From Acidimicrobiales bacterium (GTDB taxonomy: Bacteria > Actinomycetota > Acidimicrobiia > Acidimicrobiales > SZUA-35), in assembly GCA_013003535.1 (NCBI GenBank), contig JABDIY010000009.1:13451-77450 (forward strand): a DNA stretch of 64,000 nt. The letters run 5' to 3'. The position numbers and the translations under genes are program-made. The notes under the pieces are model-generated. The model was given only the letters and a program-made list of their open reading frames with translations, ran no database searches and was not told the DNA's origin. This document shows positions 48,353-57,739 of the stretch, one piece after another; the first letter of the stretch is position 1; each line of letters begins with the position of its first letter.

Positions 48353-49735
48353 ATGCCTCCCCGGGGCTCACGTGCGACAATAGAGGTGATGTCCACAAGC
48401 CCCCCTCCACCGTCGCGGTCCGGCTTCGCCGGGTGGTCCTTCGGTGTCGATGGATCCACTGGCAACTGGAGGCTGCCCAGTCTGGAAAACGACGAAGCCG
48501 TCATTGGAGGGGTCGCCAGTGGGATCGCCGCCGAGCTGGGAGTGCCCACCTCATGGATCCGAATGGCATTCGTGTTCCTCTTCGCACTGGGAGGGTGGGG
48601 GGCTTTCGTCTATGCCTTCGCCTGGGCAGGACTGCATTGGGCTCGCACGGCTGATTTTGCCGAGATTCGCTCGGGACCGGTTGAACCCCGTGGTCGCTCC
48701 GAGCAACAGCGGCGCCTGGCGGTAATGCTGATCACCGGTGGTGTGGCCTTGGCCAGCGCAACGCTGATGCCCTTGGGCTCCGACGTTGGCTTCGCGGTCG
48801 GTTTCGTCATAGTGGGATTGGGTTTGGCGTGGCGAACGAGCACCAGCACCAACAGCTCCGATGCTCCCATGCCGGGACGGATCCGTATCCGCCAACTCCT
48901 CGGCGGACTAGCCCTCGTGGTTGGCGGGCTGTCCATCCTGCTGCTACAACTCGGCCCGGGGAGTACCAGTACGTTCGTCGTCGGAGCCGCACTCATTGGG
49001 CTGGTCGGCACGATCGTGGTTTCGGGACCGTGGATCATGCAGGTCCTGAGCGATTTCGATTCTGAGCGGCAGGCGCGGATTCGGTCCGAGGAGCGCGCCG
49101 AGGTGGCAGCCCATCTGCATGACTCGGTCCTGCAAACGCTGTCATTGATTCAAAAGGCCGAAGATCCTCAGATAGCAGCCAACCTGGCCCGCCGCCAGGA
49201 ACGAGAATTGCGGAACTGGCTGGATCCCAACCGGGCATCGCGAATGGGCGGCTCCATTCGGGGCCAGCTGGATGAGATGGCCAGTGATCTGGAAGAGCGG
49301 TACGGAACGCCGGTGGAAGTGGTTGCGGTCGGCGACGCCCTGGTGGATCCGGCGATCGCAGCTCTCTTGAGGGCCACACGGGAGGCCGCGATCAACGCAG
49401 CACAACACTCGGGCACCCCCCGGGTAGACATCTTCGTGGAGGTTGGAGAAGACCACGTTGAGCTGTTCGTCCGAGACACAGGATCGGGCTTTGACCCCGA
49501 GGCGGTCGACGGCGATCGGCGTGGGGTTCGAGAATCGATCGTCGGCCGGATGGAACGGGCTGGCGGCAGCGCGCTCATCACCTCCGAAGCGGGCGAAGGC
49601 ACTGAGATCGAGCTACGGGTTCCGTTGTCGGCTGAAGCCGAAGCTGAACCCGGGCCGGTACCAAAGCAACGAGCGAGTCGTTCGAGTCCGAGACCGGCGA
49701 AGCGACGGCGCGGCCGGAGAAAGCAAAAGACATGA
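48353..49735 (+). CDS. sensor histidine kinase with an N-terminal PspC domain (LiaS/NarX-type HisKA_3)
   Basis: PspC domain (IGGVASGIAAELGVPTSWIRMAFV), TM helices, H-box AAHLHDSVLQTL, HATPase. Alternative ATG at 48389. Confidence 0.8.
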   Translation: MPPRGSRATIEVMSTSPPPPSRSGFAGWSFGVDGSTGNWRLPSLENDEAVIGGVASGIAAELGVPTSWIRMAFVFLFALGGWGAFVYAFAWAGLHWARTADFAEIRSGPVEPRGRSEQQRRLAVMLITGGVALASATLMPLGSDVGFAVGFVIVGLGLAWRTSTSTNSSDAPMPGRIRIRQLLGGLALVVGGLSILLLQLGPGSTSTFVVGAALIGLVGTIVVSGPWIMQVLSDFDSERQARIRSEERAEVAAHLHDSVLQTLSLIQKAEDPQIAANLARRQERELRNWLDPNRASRMGGSIRGQLDEMASDLEERYGTPVEVVAVGDALVDPAIAALLRATREAAINAAQHSGTPRVDIFVEVGEDHVELFVRDTGSGFDPEAVDGDRRGVRESIVGRMERAGGSALITSEAGEGTEIELRVPLSAEAEAEPGPVPKQRASRSSPRPAKRRRGRRKQKT

Positions 49736-50376
49736 CCTATGCCCCCAAAGTGATTCTCGTAGATGACCATGACATGGTGAGAGCTGGGGTGGCTGCCCAA
49801 CTGGGAGACCGCGTCCAGATTCTCGGGGAAGCCGGCGATGTCGGTGAAGCGGTCGAGCTGATTCTGGATCGAGTGCCCGAGGTTGTCTTGTTAGACGTTC
49901 ACCTCCCCTCTGGCACAGGTGCCGACGTGATCACCGGTGTTCGAGCGGGCGGGGGCGAAGAAGTCCGTTTCCTGGCGCTTTCGGTCAGCGACGCGCCCGA
50001 CGACGTAATCGCCGTGATCCGAGCCGGAGCTCGTGGCTATGTGACCAAGTCCATCAGTGGCGACCAGCTCGCTGATGCGGTCGTGCGCGTTGCCGAGGGG
50101 GATGCGGTCTTTTCGCCTCGCCTGGCCGGGTTTGTGATCGATGCATTCAGCGCCACGCTCCCGACTCCCGAGGACCCAGAACTGGACCTTCTTTCTCCTC
50201 GGGAACAAGAAGTGATGCGGCTGCTCGCCCGAGGCTATGCATACAAAGAAATCGCCAGACGGCTGACCATCAGCATCAAGACTGTGGAAACTCACGCATC
50301 GAGCGTCCTCCGGAAGCTACAGGTCTCGAACCGCCACGAACTCACGCGATGGGCGGCCCGGCGACGCATTCTCTGA
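49732..50376 (+). CDS. NarL/LuxR-family response regulator
   Basis: Receiver domain (ILVDDH...LLDVHLP) plus a LuxR HTH (LSPREQEVMRLLARGYAYKEIA). 4-nt overlap with the kinase gene. Confidence 0.9.
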   Translation: MTYAPKVILVDDHDMVRAGVAAQLGDRVQILGEAGDVGEAVELILDRVPEVVLLDVHLPSGTGADVITGVRAGGGEEVRFLALSVSDAPDDVIAVIRAGARGYVTKSISGDQLADAVVRVAEGDAVFSPRLAGFVIDAFSATLPTPEDPELDLLSPREQEVMRLLARGYAYKEIARRLTISIKTVETHASSVLRKLQVSNRHELTRWAARRRIL

Positions 50377-50394
50377 TGTCAGAATCGCCAACCA

Positions 50395-51102
50395 TCACCA
50401 TGTCGAGCGCGACAGAACCCCGCCGTCCACGACGAGGTTGGCGCCGGTGATCCAGGCGCTCAGATCCGATGCCAGAAACACAACGGCGTTTGCAACATCG
50501 AGCGGTTGCCCCAGCCGGGCCAGCGGTGCCGCGCTGAGATACCGATTGACGCCGTCCGGCCAGCCCTCTGCAAGACCCTGGCGGTCGATCAAGCCTGGAC
50601 TCACGCTATTCACCCGAATACTTCTGTGACCCAGCGCGGCGGCGGCAGTTCTGGTGTGCATGATCACTCCCGCTTTGACAGTGGAATAGTGCGCATGCCC
50701 CATGGCCGGCTGCAGACCTTCGATACTGGCGATGTTCACGATCGCTCCCCCGCCTGACATCAGCTCGGCTGCCGCCTGTGTTACGTGGTGAACCGCAGTC
50801 AAACCCGCCGCCACCACACCGTCCCACTCCTCGCCCGTTATCTCGGTGAACGACGAAACCGGTTGGAGCGCCGCATTGTTCACGACGATGTCCAACCGGC
50901 CATGCTGGGCGTAGGCCCGCCTCAACACCGATTCGACGACCTGGGGATCACCAAGATCACCCCCATCGGGCCCGGTCCGCCCCGAATGGCGGTAGACAGA
51001 CGCGCCGGCATCGGCCAAACGGTCAGCTATTCCTGCGCCCAGTCCCGCTGACGCCCCCGAAACAAAGGCGACCTTTCCTTCCAGGTCAATCACGACTGCC
51101 AT
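50395..51102 (-). CDS. short-chain dehydrogenase/reductase (FabG-like)
   Basis: VSGASAGLG Rossmann motif, NNAA, YSTVK catalytic motif. Confidence 0.85.
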   Translation of the reverse strand: MAVVIDLEGKVAFVSGASAGLGAGIADRLADAGASVYRHSGRTGPDGGDLGDPQVVESVLRRAYAQHGRLDIVVNNAALQPVSSFTEITGEEWDGVVAAGLTAVHHVTQAAAELMSGGGAIVNIASIEGLQPAMGHAHYSTVKAGVIMHTRTAAAALGHRSIRVNSVSPGLIDRQGLAEGWPDGVNRYLSAAPLARLGQPLDVANAVVFLASDLSAWITGANLVVDGGVLSRSTW

Positions 51103-51143
51103 GGGCTCATTCCTAGCGCACCCGCTGATCTAACCTGGACGTT

Positions 51144-52211
51144 GTGCAGTCGTCTTCGCAGAAATTTCGAACGATCGAATGGAACGACGGCGTGGTCATT
51201 CTCCTCGACCAGACCAAACTTCCAGCCAAAGAGAACTATCTACAGATTTCCGACGTCGACGGTCTGGTCCGAGCTATCAAGCGACTGAGCGTTCGTGGCG
51301 CTCCAGCGATCGGCGTTGCCGGCGCGTACGGTGTGGCGCTGGCGGCCCGGCAGTTTCCTCCGGCCAAAAAGCCCAAGGAGTTTGCTGCAGCAATTGAACA
51401 AATCCGGACCGCCCGACCAACTGCGGTCAATCTCGAAAAACGAGTGACCGAGACGATGGCCGCCATCAACCGTTCCAGTGACTCCCCGGCCGATGCTGCT
51501 CTTCGGGCCGCTCACGCCATACGAGAGGAGGAATTGCAATCGTCAACCGAAATGGGCGAACGGGGTGCCTATGCGGTTCTCGACCTCTGCGGCGGGGGGC
51601 CTATCACTGCGATGACGATCTGTAACACTGGCGGGCTGGCAACCGTGGAACGGGGCACGGCGCTGGCGGTCATCCAAACGTTGCATGAACTAGGCCATCT
51701 CGCCGAAGCCATTCCTCTGGAAACTCGACCGCTCCTCCAAGGCGGCCGCCTCACCACCTGGGAGCTCCAGCGGATGGGCGCAAATTACCGATTGATCGTG
51801 GATTCGGCCGGACCATTTCTCCTGAGTCGGGGTGCCGCCGACGTGGTCCTGATCGGTGCCGACCGGATTGCCGCCAACGGCGACACCGCCAACAAGATCG
51901 GCTCCTACTCACTGGCGTTGGGGGCCCGCGAAGCCGGTGTCCCATTCATAGTGGTGGCCCCCGAATCCACCGTGGATTTCGAAACGGCCACCGGTGCGGA
52001 GATCAAGATCGAGGATCGGGGACCGTTGGAGGTCACCTCGATTCAGGGACACGAGATCGCCACCGCCGGCAGCACCGCGATCAACCCGGCATTCGACGTT
52101 ACTCCCGCCCGGCTGATCACAGCGATCGTGACCGAAGCCCGCGTAGTTCGCCTTGACCGGGGCGAAACGCTCGACCCAGTCGACAGTCTTCGGCGCGAAG
52201 AGATCGAATGA
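51144..52211 (+). CDS. mtnA: S-methyl-5-thioribose-1-phosphate isomerase
   Basis: eIF-2B-related fold: VRGAPAIG, TRPTAVNL, CNTG, GADRIAANGDTANKIG. Confidence 0.9.
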   Translation: MQSSSQKFRTIEWNDGVVILLDQTKLPAKENYLQISDVDGLVRAIKRLSVRGAPAIGVAGAYGVALAARQFPPAKKPKEFAAAIEQIRTARPTAVNLEKRVTETMAAINRSSDSPADAALRAAHAIREEELQSSTEMGERGAYAVLDLCGGGPITAMTICNTGGLATVERGTALAVIQTLHELGHLAEAIPLETRPLLQGGRLTTWELQRMGANYRLIVDSAGPFLLSRGAADVVLIGADRIAANGDTANKIGSYSLALGAREAGVPFIVVAPESTVDFETATGAEIKIEDRGPLEVTSIQGHEIATAGSTAINPAFDVTPARLITAIVTEARVVRLDRGETLDPVDSLRREEIE

Positions 52212-53536
52212 CCCGCACGGCCTGGCGTCTCGTGGCCGACCGGATCATTCCGGTGGAGCCCGGCGGGATCATCTCGCCAATCGACGGTTCGCGACCGGCG
52301 ATCGATATCGACCGATTCGGCGTAATCGTGGGCTGTGGGCTGGAGGCCAACCTCCCACCCGCTCCACCGGACCGGCGAACAGTCGGCGGTCTTTTGATGC
52401 CCGGCTTGGTGAATTCGCACGCCCACACGCCGATGACCCTGATGCGATCGGTTGGTGACGGACTCCCGCTGCGAGCCTGGTTAACCGATGCGGTCTGGCC
52501 GCGAGAGGGGATCATGTCACCCGACGACGCCTTCGCCGGCATGCTGTTGGGCTCGGTGGAGATGCTCCTCGCCGGTGTCACCACGAGTTGTGAAATGTAT
52601 TTGTACGAAGAGGAACTGGTGCGAGCGGTTGATCAGACCGGAGCGCGAATGGTCATCACGCCGGGCGTTCTGGCCGTGCTTCACGCCAGCAGCTTTGGGA
52701 CCGGCGCAGATCGGGCCGAGGCGATCCGGGAATTCGCTGCGCTCCATCACGACCCGGCTTCACGCATCACCGTGGGCGTTGGTCCCCACAGCACATATGA
52801 CTTGAAACCCGGCCAGATCGGTGAATTGGCCTCGCTCGCCCGGGACCTGGACAGCTTTGTCCACGTCCACCTGGAGGAAACACAGGTGGAACGGCAGCAA
52901 GTGATCGCTGACTACGGCAAACCGGCCACAGAAGTCTTGGCTGAGGTCGGCGTCTTCGACGGTGCGGTGCTCGCCGCCCACGGGGTCTGGCTCAGCTCGT
53001 CCGACCGAAAAATCTTGTCGCACGCCAACGTCTCCATCGCCCACAACCCGGTGTCCAATCTGAAACTCGGCTCGGGGATCATGCCGCTGGTAGAAACGCT
53101 GGCCGATGGCGTTCGGGTGGGGTTGGGTACGGACGGGCCTGCCTCCAATGACAACCTCAGCCTGTGGCAGGAACTTGCGCTTGCCCCACTGTTGTCCCGA
53201 GGCACGAACCACAACTCGCAAGCCATCTCGGCCGACCAGGCCCTGCGGTTGGCAACAATCGACGGGGCCCGAGCCCTGGGACTGGATGTGGGGCGGCTGG
53301 CACCAGGATGCCCGGCCGACATCATTCGTCTCGATCTGGACCACCCTTCCTTGGCTCCTGCACTGGAAGAAGACTTGGTAACGAGCGTGGTGTTCGCCGG
53401 CGGACCTCATCTCGTTACCGACGTCTGGGTGGCGGGGATGCAGGTGGTAGCCGAGCGGGGCATGACAACAGTGAATACAACAGCGATCGTGGCCGATGCC
53501 AAGAAGCGAGCGCAGAGGTTGGCCCGTGAATCCTGA
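52208..53536 (+). CDS. mtaD: amidohydrolase, 5-methylthioadenosine/S-adenosylhomocysteine deaminase-like
   Basis: GLVNSHAHTPMT metal motif, HLEE, GTDGPASN. 4-nt overlap with mtnA. Confidence 0.8.
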   Translation: MTRTAWRLVADRIIPVEPGGIISPIDGSRPAIDIDRFGVIVGCGLEANLPPAPPDRRTVGGLLMPGLVNSHAHTPMTLMRSVGDGLPLRAWLTDAVWPREGIMSPDDAFAGMLLGSVEMLLAGVTTSCEMYLYEEELVRAVDQTGARMVITPGVLAVLHASSFGTGADRAEAIREFAALHHDPASRITVGVGPHSTYDLKPGQIGELASLARDLDSFVHVHLEETQVERQQVIADYGKPATEVLAEVGVFDGAVLAAHGVWLSSSDRKILSHANVSIAHNPVSNLKLGSGIMPLVETLADGVRVGLGTDGPASNDNLSLWQELALAPLLSRGTNHNSQAISADQALRLATIDGARALGLDVGRLAPGCPADIIRLDLDHPSLAPALEEDLVTSVVFAGGPHLVTDVWVAGMQVVAERGMTTVNTTAIVADAKKRAQRLARES

Positions 53537-53972
53537 TCAACTGATCGAGGCGTTGGGTTTGGAGCCGTTGGAACCGGAAGGTGGCTGGTGGAGTCAGAGC
53601 CACATCGACGAGCATGGGAGCACCATTCACTACCTACTCAGGAAAGGTGAGTGCTCGCTCCTCCACCAACTTCCCGGTCCCGAGGTCTACTTCTACCAGG
53701 CGGGCGATCCGCTGGACCTCCTGGTTCTCCACCCCGATGGCCGGACCCAGCGAGTGGTGATCGGCCCGGACCTGGATTCCGGCGAAGCATTCCAATTCAA
53801 GGTTCCGGCGGGCTGTTGGCAGGGGTCAACTTCCACCGGTGCCTGGACCCTGGTGGGCACGGCGATGGCCCCCGCCTTTCGCATTGAGGACTATCGCGCC
53901 GGCGTGCGAACCGAGCTGACAAGGTCCTACCCGGACGTTACTGCTCGCATTTGCGAACTTACCGACGCCTGA
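53526..53972 (+). CDS. cupin, DUF985 (cupin_5) family
   Basis: LGLEPLEPEGGWW N-terminal signature. GTG at 53526 overlaps the mtaD stop. The ORF also opens at 53496. Confidence 0.6.
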   Translation: MNPDQLIEALGLEPLEPEGGWWSQSHIDEHGSTIHYLLRKGECSLLHQLPGPEVYFYQAGDPLDLLVLHPDGRTQRVVIGPDLDSGEAFQFKVPAGCWQGSTSTGAWTLVGTAMAPAFRIEDYRAGVRTELTRSYPDVTARICELTDA

Positions 53973-53993
53973 AGTTGGCCGATAGGTAGCCCT

Positions 53994-54668
53994 ATGACCG
54001 AAGCATTCGCGGGAGACAAGAAGAAGGGGCAGTCGCTTCTTGGTCCGGTGGAGCGTCGGGCGATCAATTGGATGATCCCGCGCATACCGAGACCGATCAT
54101 GAGTCATCACCTCACGGCCCTCACCGCCGTGTGGTCCAGTCTGATCGTGGTATTCGGGTGGTTGGCCACGAAGAATCTTCAGTGGCTGCATGGTGTATCG
54201 GTGATGGTCTTCCTGCAATGGCTCACCGACTCATTGGACGGATCGTTGGGGAAATACCGGAAGCAGGGACTGGTGAAATGGGGGTTCTTCGCCGATCACC
54301 TCCTGGACCTGATCTTTGCGGGCAGCGTAGTGATCGCCTACTCGTTCCTGGTGGAGGCCCGCTGGCTGCAATTCCTTTTCTTGATCCTGCTCTTGGTCAC
54401 CTGCGCCACGATGGCCACCAGCTTCCTCAGCTTCGCGGCCACCAACCAATTCCAGATCGCGTACTACGGACTCGGCCCAACCGAGATCCGCATCGGCTAC
54501 ATCGCACTGAACACATTCGTTGCCGCGGCAGGCACGGCGATCTTCTCATGGGGGGTGCCAGTGGTCGTAGCGATCAACCTCATGGCGTTCTTGATTCTGG
54601 CCGGTCAAACCAGCAAGAATCTGTGGGCCATCGACTACGAGGCCAATGTGGACGGCAACCCTCGCTAG
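53994..54668 (+). CDS. CDP-alcohol phosphatidyltransferase family membrane protein
   Basis: DSLDGSLGKYR...FFADHLLDLIF matches the D-x2-D-G-x2-A-R...D-x3-D pattern. Multi-pass. Confidence 0.75.
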   Translation: MTEAFAGDKKKGQSLLGPVERRAINWMIPRIPRPIMSHHLTALTAVWSSLIVVFGWLATKNLQWLHGVSVMVFLQWLTDSLDGSLGKYRKQGLVKWGFFADHLLDLIFAGSVVIAYSFLVEARWLQFLFLILLLVTCATMATSFLSFAATNQFQIAYYGLGPTEIRIGYIALNTFVAAAGTAIFSWGVPVVVAINLMAFLILAGQTSKNLWAIDYEANVDGNPR

Positions 54669-54676
54669 TGGTTCGG

Positions 54677-55573
54677 TCAGGCGGCGCGGTCGAGAATCGA
54701 TCGGAGCGGCTCGCTGAACCGTATGTCCAGACGTTTCTCCCCGGTGAAGGCCACCCCCGGCTCCAACTTGCCTGGTGCTCTATACAAGAAGACGCTCGTG
54801 GTGATCGGATTGGGCTCGGTCTGCTGACAGAGAACCGAAAGCGTGAGCATTCGGGCCACCGCGTCCTGCACGTTGACGAGCGTCCGAATTGGACTGACGT
54901 AGGTGATGTGGGCGGTAGGGCAGCTGACGAGTGCGCCCAATTCGCCCACGGGGTCCGGCAATCGGCTACTCAGATCCATGACGATCCCACTGGTGAACAT
55001 GCCTCCGTCGAAGCAAGTTATCTGGGGGTAGGTCTCGGGGAGATCGAAACGCTCGATCCCGCTCTGGCCAACCGAAGCTTCGGTGGCAACCCGCCAGACC
55101 TCCTTCTGATCCACCGGCCATTTCCGAATCTTGCCGGCGGCGAGCGGCATGCTGCCCAACTCGTGGTCGAGGGCAACCACGAGATCGGTTTGGGCATCGA
55201 TCGATCGGGCCAGCAGCTTCCATCCGGGATTCCAGCTTCTCTGGAGCCGAACGCGGAGCCGGGGACGAACCCACTCCCAGTCATTCATCTGTTGCTCTAG
55301 GTCTTTGGGCTTGAACTGATCGAATGATGCGAAAAAGTTGTAGAGAGCTCGGCGCTGCGTTTCCAGGTCACACTCAGCGGTCGCCATCGCAATGTTGGCG
55401 ATGTTGAGGTAGGCCCCGCTGGGCATTTCGAGCGTCCCGGCCAAATAGTTCAAGGTGACCTGATCAGCCCATCGGATGGTGGCGATCTCGCACACCATGT
55501 CCCAGTAGTCATTGGCTGCATCGGCATTACTGAATGGTTGGGCCCATTCGGGCAACAGGTGATCGTCGGTCAT
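54677..55573 (-). CDS. hypothetical protein
   Basis: 298-aa ORF from the ATG at 55573, with normal amino-acid composition and no recognisable motif. GC looks lower than in neighbouring genes. Confidence 0.45.
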   Translation of the reverse strand: MTDDHLLPEWAQPFSNADAANDYWDMVCEIATIRWADQVTLNYLAGTLEMPSGAYLNIANIAMATAECDLETQRRALYNFFASFDQFKPKDLEQQMNDWEWVRPRLRVRLQRSWNPGWKLLARSIDAQTDLVVALDHELGSMPLAAGKIRKWPVDQKEVWRVATEASVGQSGIERFDLPETYPQITCFDGGMFTSGIVMDLSSRLPDPVGELGALVSCPTAHITYVSPIRTLVNVQDAVARMLTLSVLCQQTEPNPITTSVFLYRAPGKLEPGVAFTGEKRLDIRFSEPLRSILDRAA

Positions 55574-55704
55574 TGGTGGTCTCCACACGTTGTGATTGCT
55601 TAGTACGGCGGAACCTGCATCCTTAGCGTAGTGTAAACACACGTAATTGATGTAATTTGAAAGCAGTTTATCTTCTATCAAGCTGAAATTTCTCGTGGCA
55701 CACT
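55574..55704. promoter_or_regulatory. AT-rich divergent intergenic region
   Basis: About 70 nt (tagtgtaaacacacgtaattgatgtaatttgaaagcagtttatcttctatcaagctgaaatttc) far below the surrounding GC. Contains GTAATTGA / GTAATTTGA direct repeats. Confidence 0.4.
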
Positions 55705-56793
55705 GTGGGCGTGCCAATGCCCGACGTCGTCATTCGCGCCGGACGATTACTGGACGGCAGTGGCCTTCCAGCAGTAACCGCCGACATCGCCATTCGGGAC
55801 GGGGCGGTGGCCGAGATCGGTCGAGTTCGAGATCGTGCTCATCGCATCATCGACGCGGACGGAGCGTTGGTGATACCGGGCCTTACGGCGCTGATGCCGC
55901 CGCCTTCGGTTGCGCCGTTTGATCGCAACGCCGCTCGCCACCTTGCGCCGGGCGTAACCACGGTGGTGGAGGAACTCCCGGCCTCGGCTACAACCGCTGA
56001 TGCGGTCGCCGCCTATCTTCACCATTTGCGAGCTCAGCCGGCGCTGCTCAGCCGGGTGATTTTGGCCAGTCATCACTTGTTCCGGGCGGCGGTGATGGGC
56101 AACAAGATCCGCGATGAGCTGGCTTCGTCCAACGCTGATATCGAAGCGATGGGAACACTCCTTGGAGATGCCCTCGATCTCGGAGCGAGGGGTGTTCTTC
56201 TTGCACCGGATGCTCCCCACTCGGAGCGGGTTGCGGTCATCGAAGAGTTGGCGCCCCGCTGGAGCGAACGCTCAGGCGAGCAGCCCGTGGCGGTCATGAT
56301 TCCCACGCACTACGACGAAGACCTTGACGAGGCCCTCCACCACGCCCGACGCATCCTCTCATTGTCCGATGCCACACCATCGGTGAGCTGTTCAGTGATC
56401 ATCAGCGTTCCCGAACCGGTGGATGACCCAAACATCGGTTCCGCTCTTTCCCCAGGTTCGGAAACCACTGTTGAAATCCTCATCGAGGCCCTTTCCACAG
56501 GTCGAAGCGTCCCCGGCCTCGGGCTCAACCCGCTGGCTTTTTTGGCGGGGCACTCCCCCGATTCGACCCTTGATCTCCCGGCTCTGATCGAACGCCTCGC
56601 GGACACGGCCGCACTGGTCGGATTGAAGAATCGAGGTGTCATAGCCTCCCACAATCCCGCTGACATCAACATCATCGACCGCACCCACCTGACCGACGAT
56701 TTGTCTGCGGGGGTCGTCAGCACACTGGTGTCAGGTACCGAGATCGTCAGCTTCGATGAGCTCACCGGTGAAGCTCCAGGTCAACTTCTCTGA
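55705..56793 (+). CDS. N-acyl-D-amino-acid deacylase-like amidohydrolase lacking the HxH metal motif
   Basis: N-terminus VVIRAGRLLDGSG...IAIRDGAVAEIG...IIDADGALVIPG and C-terminus GLKNRGVIA...ADINIID...TGEAPGQLL are family-typical. No His follows PG. Confidence 0.6.
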   Translation: MGVPMPDVVIRAGRLLDGSGLPAVTADIAIRDGAVAEIGRVRDRAHRIIDADGALVIPGLTALMPPPSVAPFDRNAARHLAPGVTTVVEELPASATTADAVAAYLHHLRAQPALLSRVILASHHLFRAAVMGNKIRDELASSNADIEAMGTLLGDALDLGARGVLLAPDAPHSERVAVIEELAPRWSERSGEQPVAVMIPTHYDEDLDEALHHARRILSLSDATPSVSCSVIISVPEPVDDPNIGSALSPGSETTVEILIEALSTGRSVPGLGLNPLAFLAGHSPDSTLDLPALIERLADTAALVGLKNRGVIASHNPADINIIDRTHLTDDLSAGVVSTLVSGTEIVSFDELTGEAPGQLL

Positions 56794-56821
56794 CTCGGAC
56801 CAACTTCACTAGGTTGAGTTC

Positions 56822-57739
56822 ATGGAAATCCTTCGCACGCCCGACGAACGTTTCTCCGACCTCGCCGACTTTCCGTTCGAACCGAACTACGTAGAGGTCA
56901 ACGCGGAGCCTGGCTCGGACCAGAAGCTGCGGATTCACTATCTGGATGAAGGCCTGCGCACCGGTGCGCTGGTGTTGTTGATGCACGGCGAGCCCTCCTG
57001 GAGCTATCTCTACCGCAAGATGATTCCCATCCTGGTAGAAGATGGCTTCCGGGTGGTGGTCCCGGACCTGCCCGGCTTCGGCCGGTCCGACAAACCGGCC
57101 GCCACCAGCGACTACACCTACCAGCGGCTGGTGGATTGGATGGAGGCGGCACTCATCGACCAACTCGACCTGGATGACATCACGATGTTCTGCCAAGACT
57201 GGGGCGGGCTGATCGGACTTCGACTGGTGGCTGCTCATCCCGAACGTTTCCACCGAATCATGGTGTCGAACACGGGACTCCCCACCGGCCACGGCGAACC
57301 ACCCCAGGCATTCCTGGACTGGCAGCGGTTCAGTCAGACCGTAGACAAGTTCCCGACGAGCGGGATTATCAACGGCGGCTGCGTCAACGAGCTAACTCCG
57401 GCTGAATTGGCCGCTTATGATGCGCCGTTCCCCGATGAGTCATTCAAGGCCGGTGCCCGCGTGTTGCCTTCGCTGGTCCCCACCAGCCCTGACGACCCTG
57501 CCCACGACGCGCAGATCAAAGCGTGGGAGGTACTGCGCAGCTTTCACAAGCCGTGCCTCACCGCCTTCAGCGACTCCGATCCGATCACCCGGGGTGGTCA
57601 GGCGGTATTCCAGAAACGTATCCCGGGCGCCCACGGGCTTGCCCATGTAACGATTCTCGGCGGTGGGCACTTCCTCCAGGAGGACGAACCCGCCCAGATC
57701 TGTACTCACTTGGCGGATTTCGTGGCGCAGCTCAATTAG
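56822..57739 (+). CDS. haloalkane dehalogenase (HLD-I, DhlA-like)
   Basis: RTPDERFSDLADFPFEPNYVEV, HGEPSWSYLYRKMIP, nucleophile motif CQDWGG, C-terminal GGHFLQED. Confidence 0.85.
   Translation: MEILRTPDERFSDLADFPFEPNYVEVNAEPGSDQKLRIHYLDEGLRTGALVLLMHGEPSWSYLYRKMIPILVEDGFRVVVPDLPGFGRSDKPAATSDYTYQRLVDWMEAALIDQLDLDDITMFCQDWGGLIGLRLVAAHPERFHRIMVSNTGLPTGHGEPPQAFLDWQRFSQTVDKFPTSGIINGGCVNELTPAELAAYDAPFPDESFKAGARVLPSLVPTSPDDPAHDAQIKAWEVLRSFHKPCLTAFSDSDPITRGGQAVFQKRIPGAHGLAHVTILGGGHFLQEDEPAQICTHLADFVAQLN

Noticed and set aside
54068-55300. 410-aa plus-strand ORF spanning the CDP-alcohol transferase gene and the hypothetical gene
   Set aside because: Out of frame with a motif-bearing gene, and compositionally biased (R/G/H/P). 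The minus-strand ORF 54677..55573 has normal composition.
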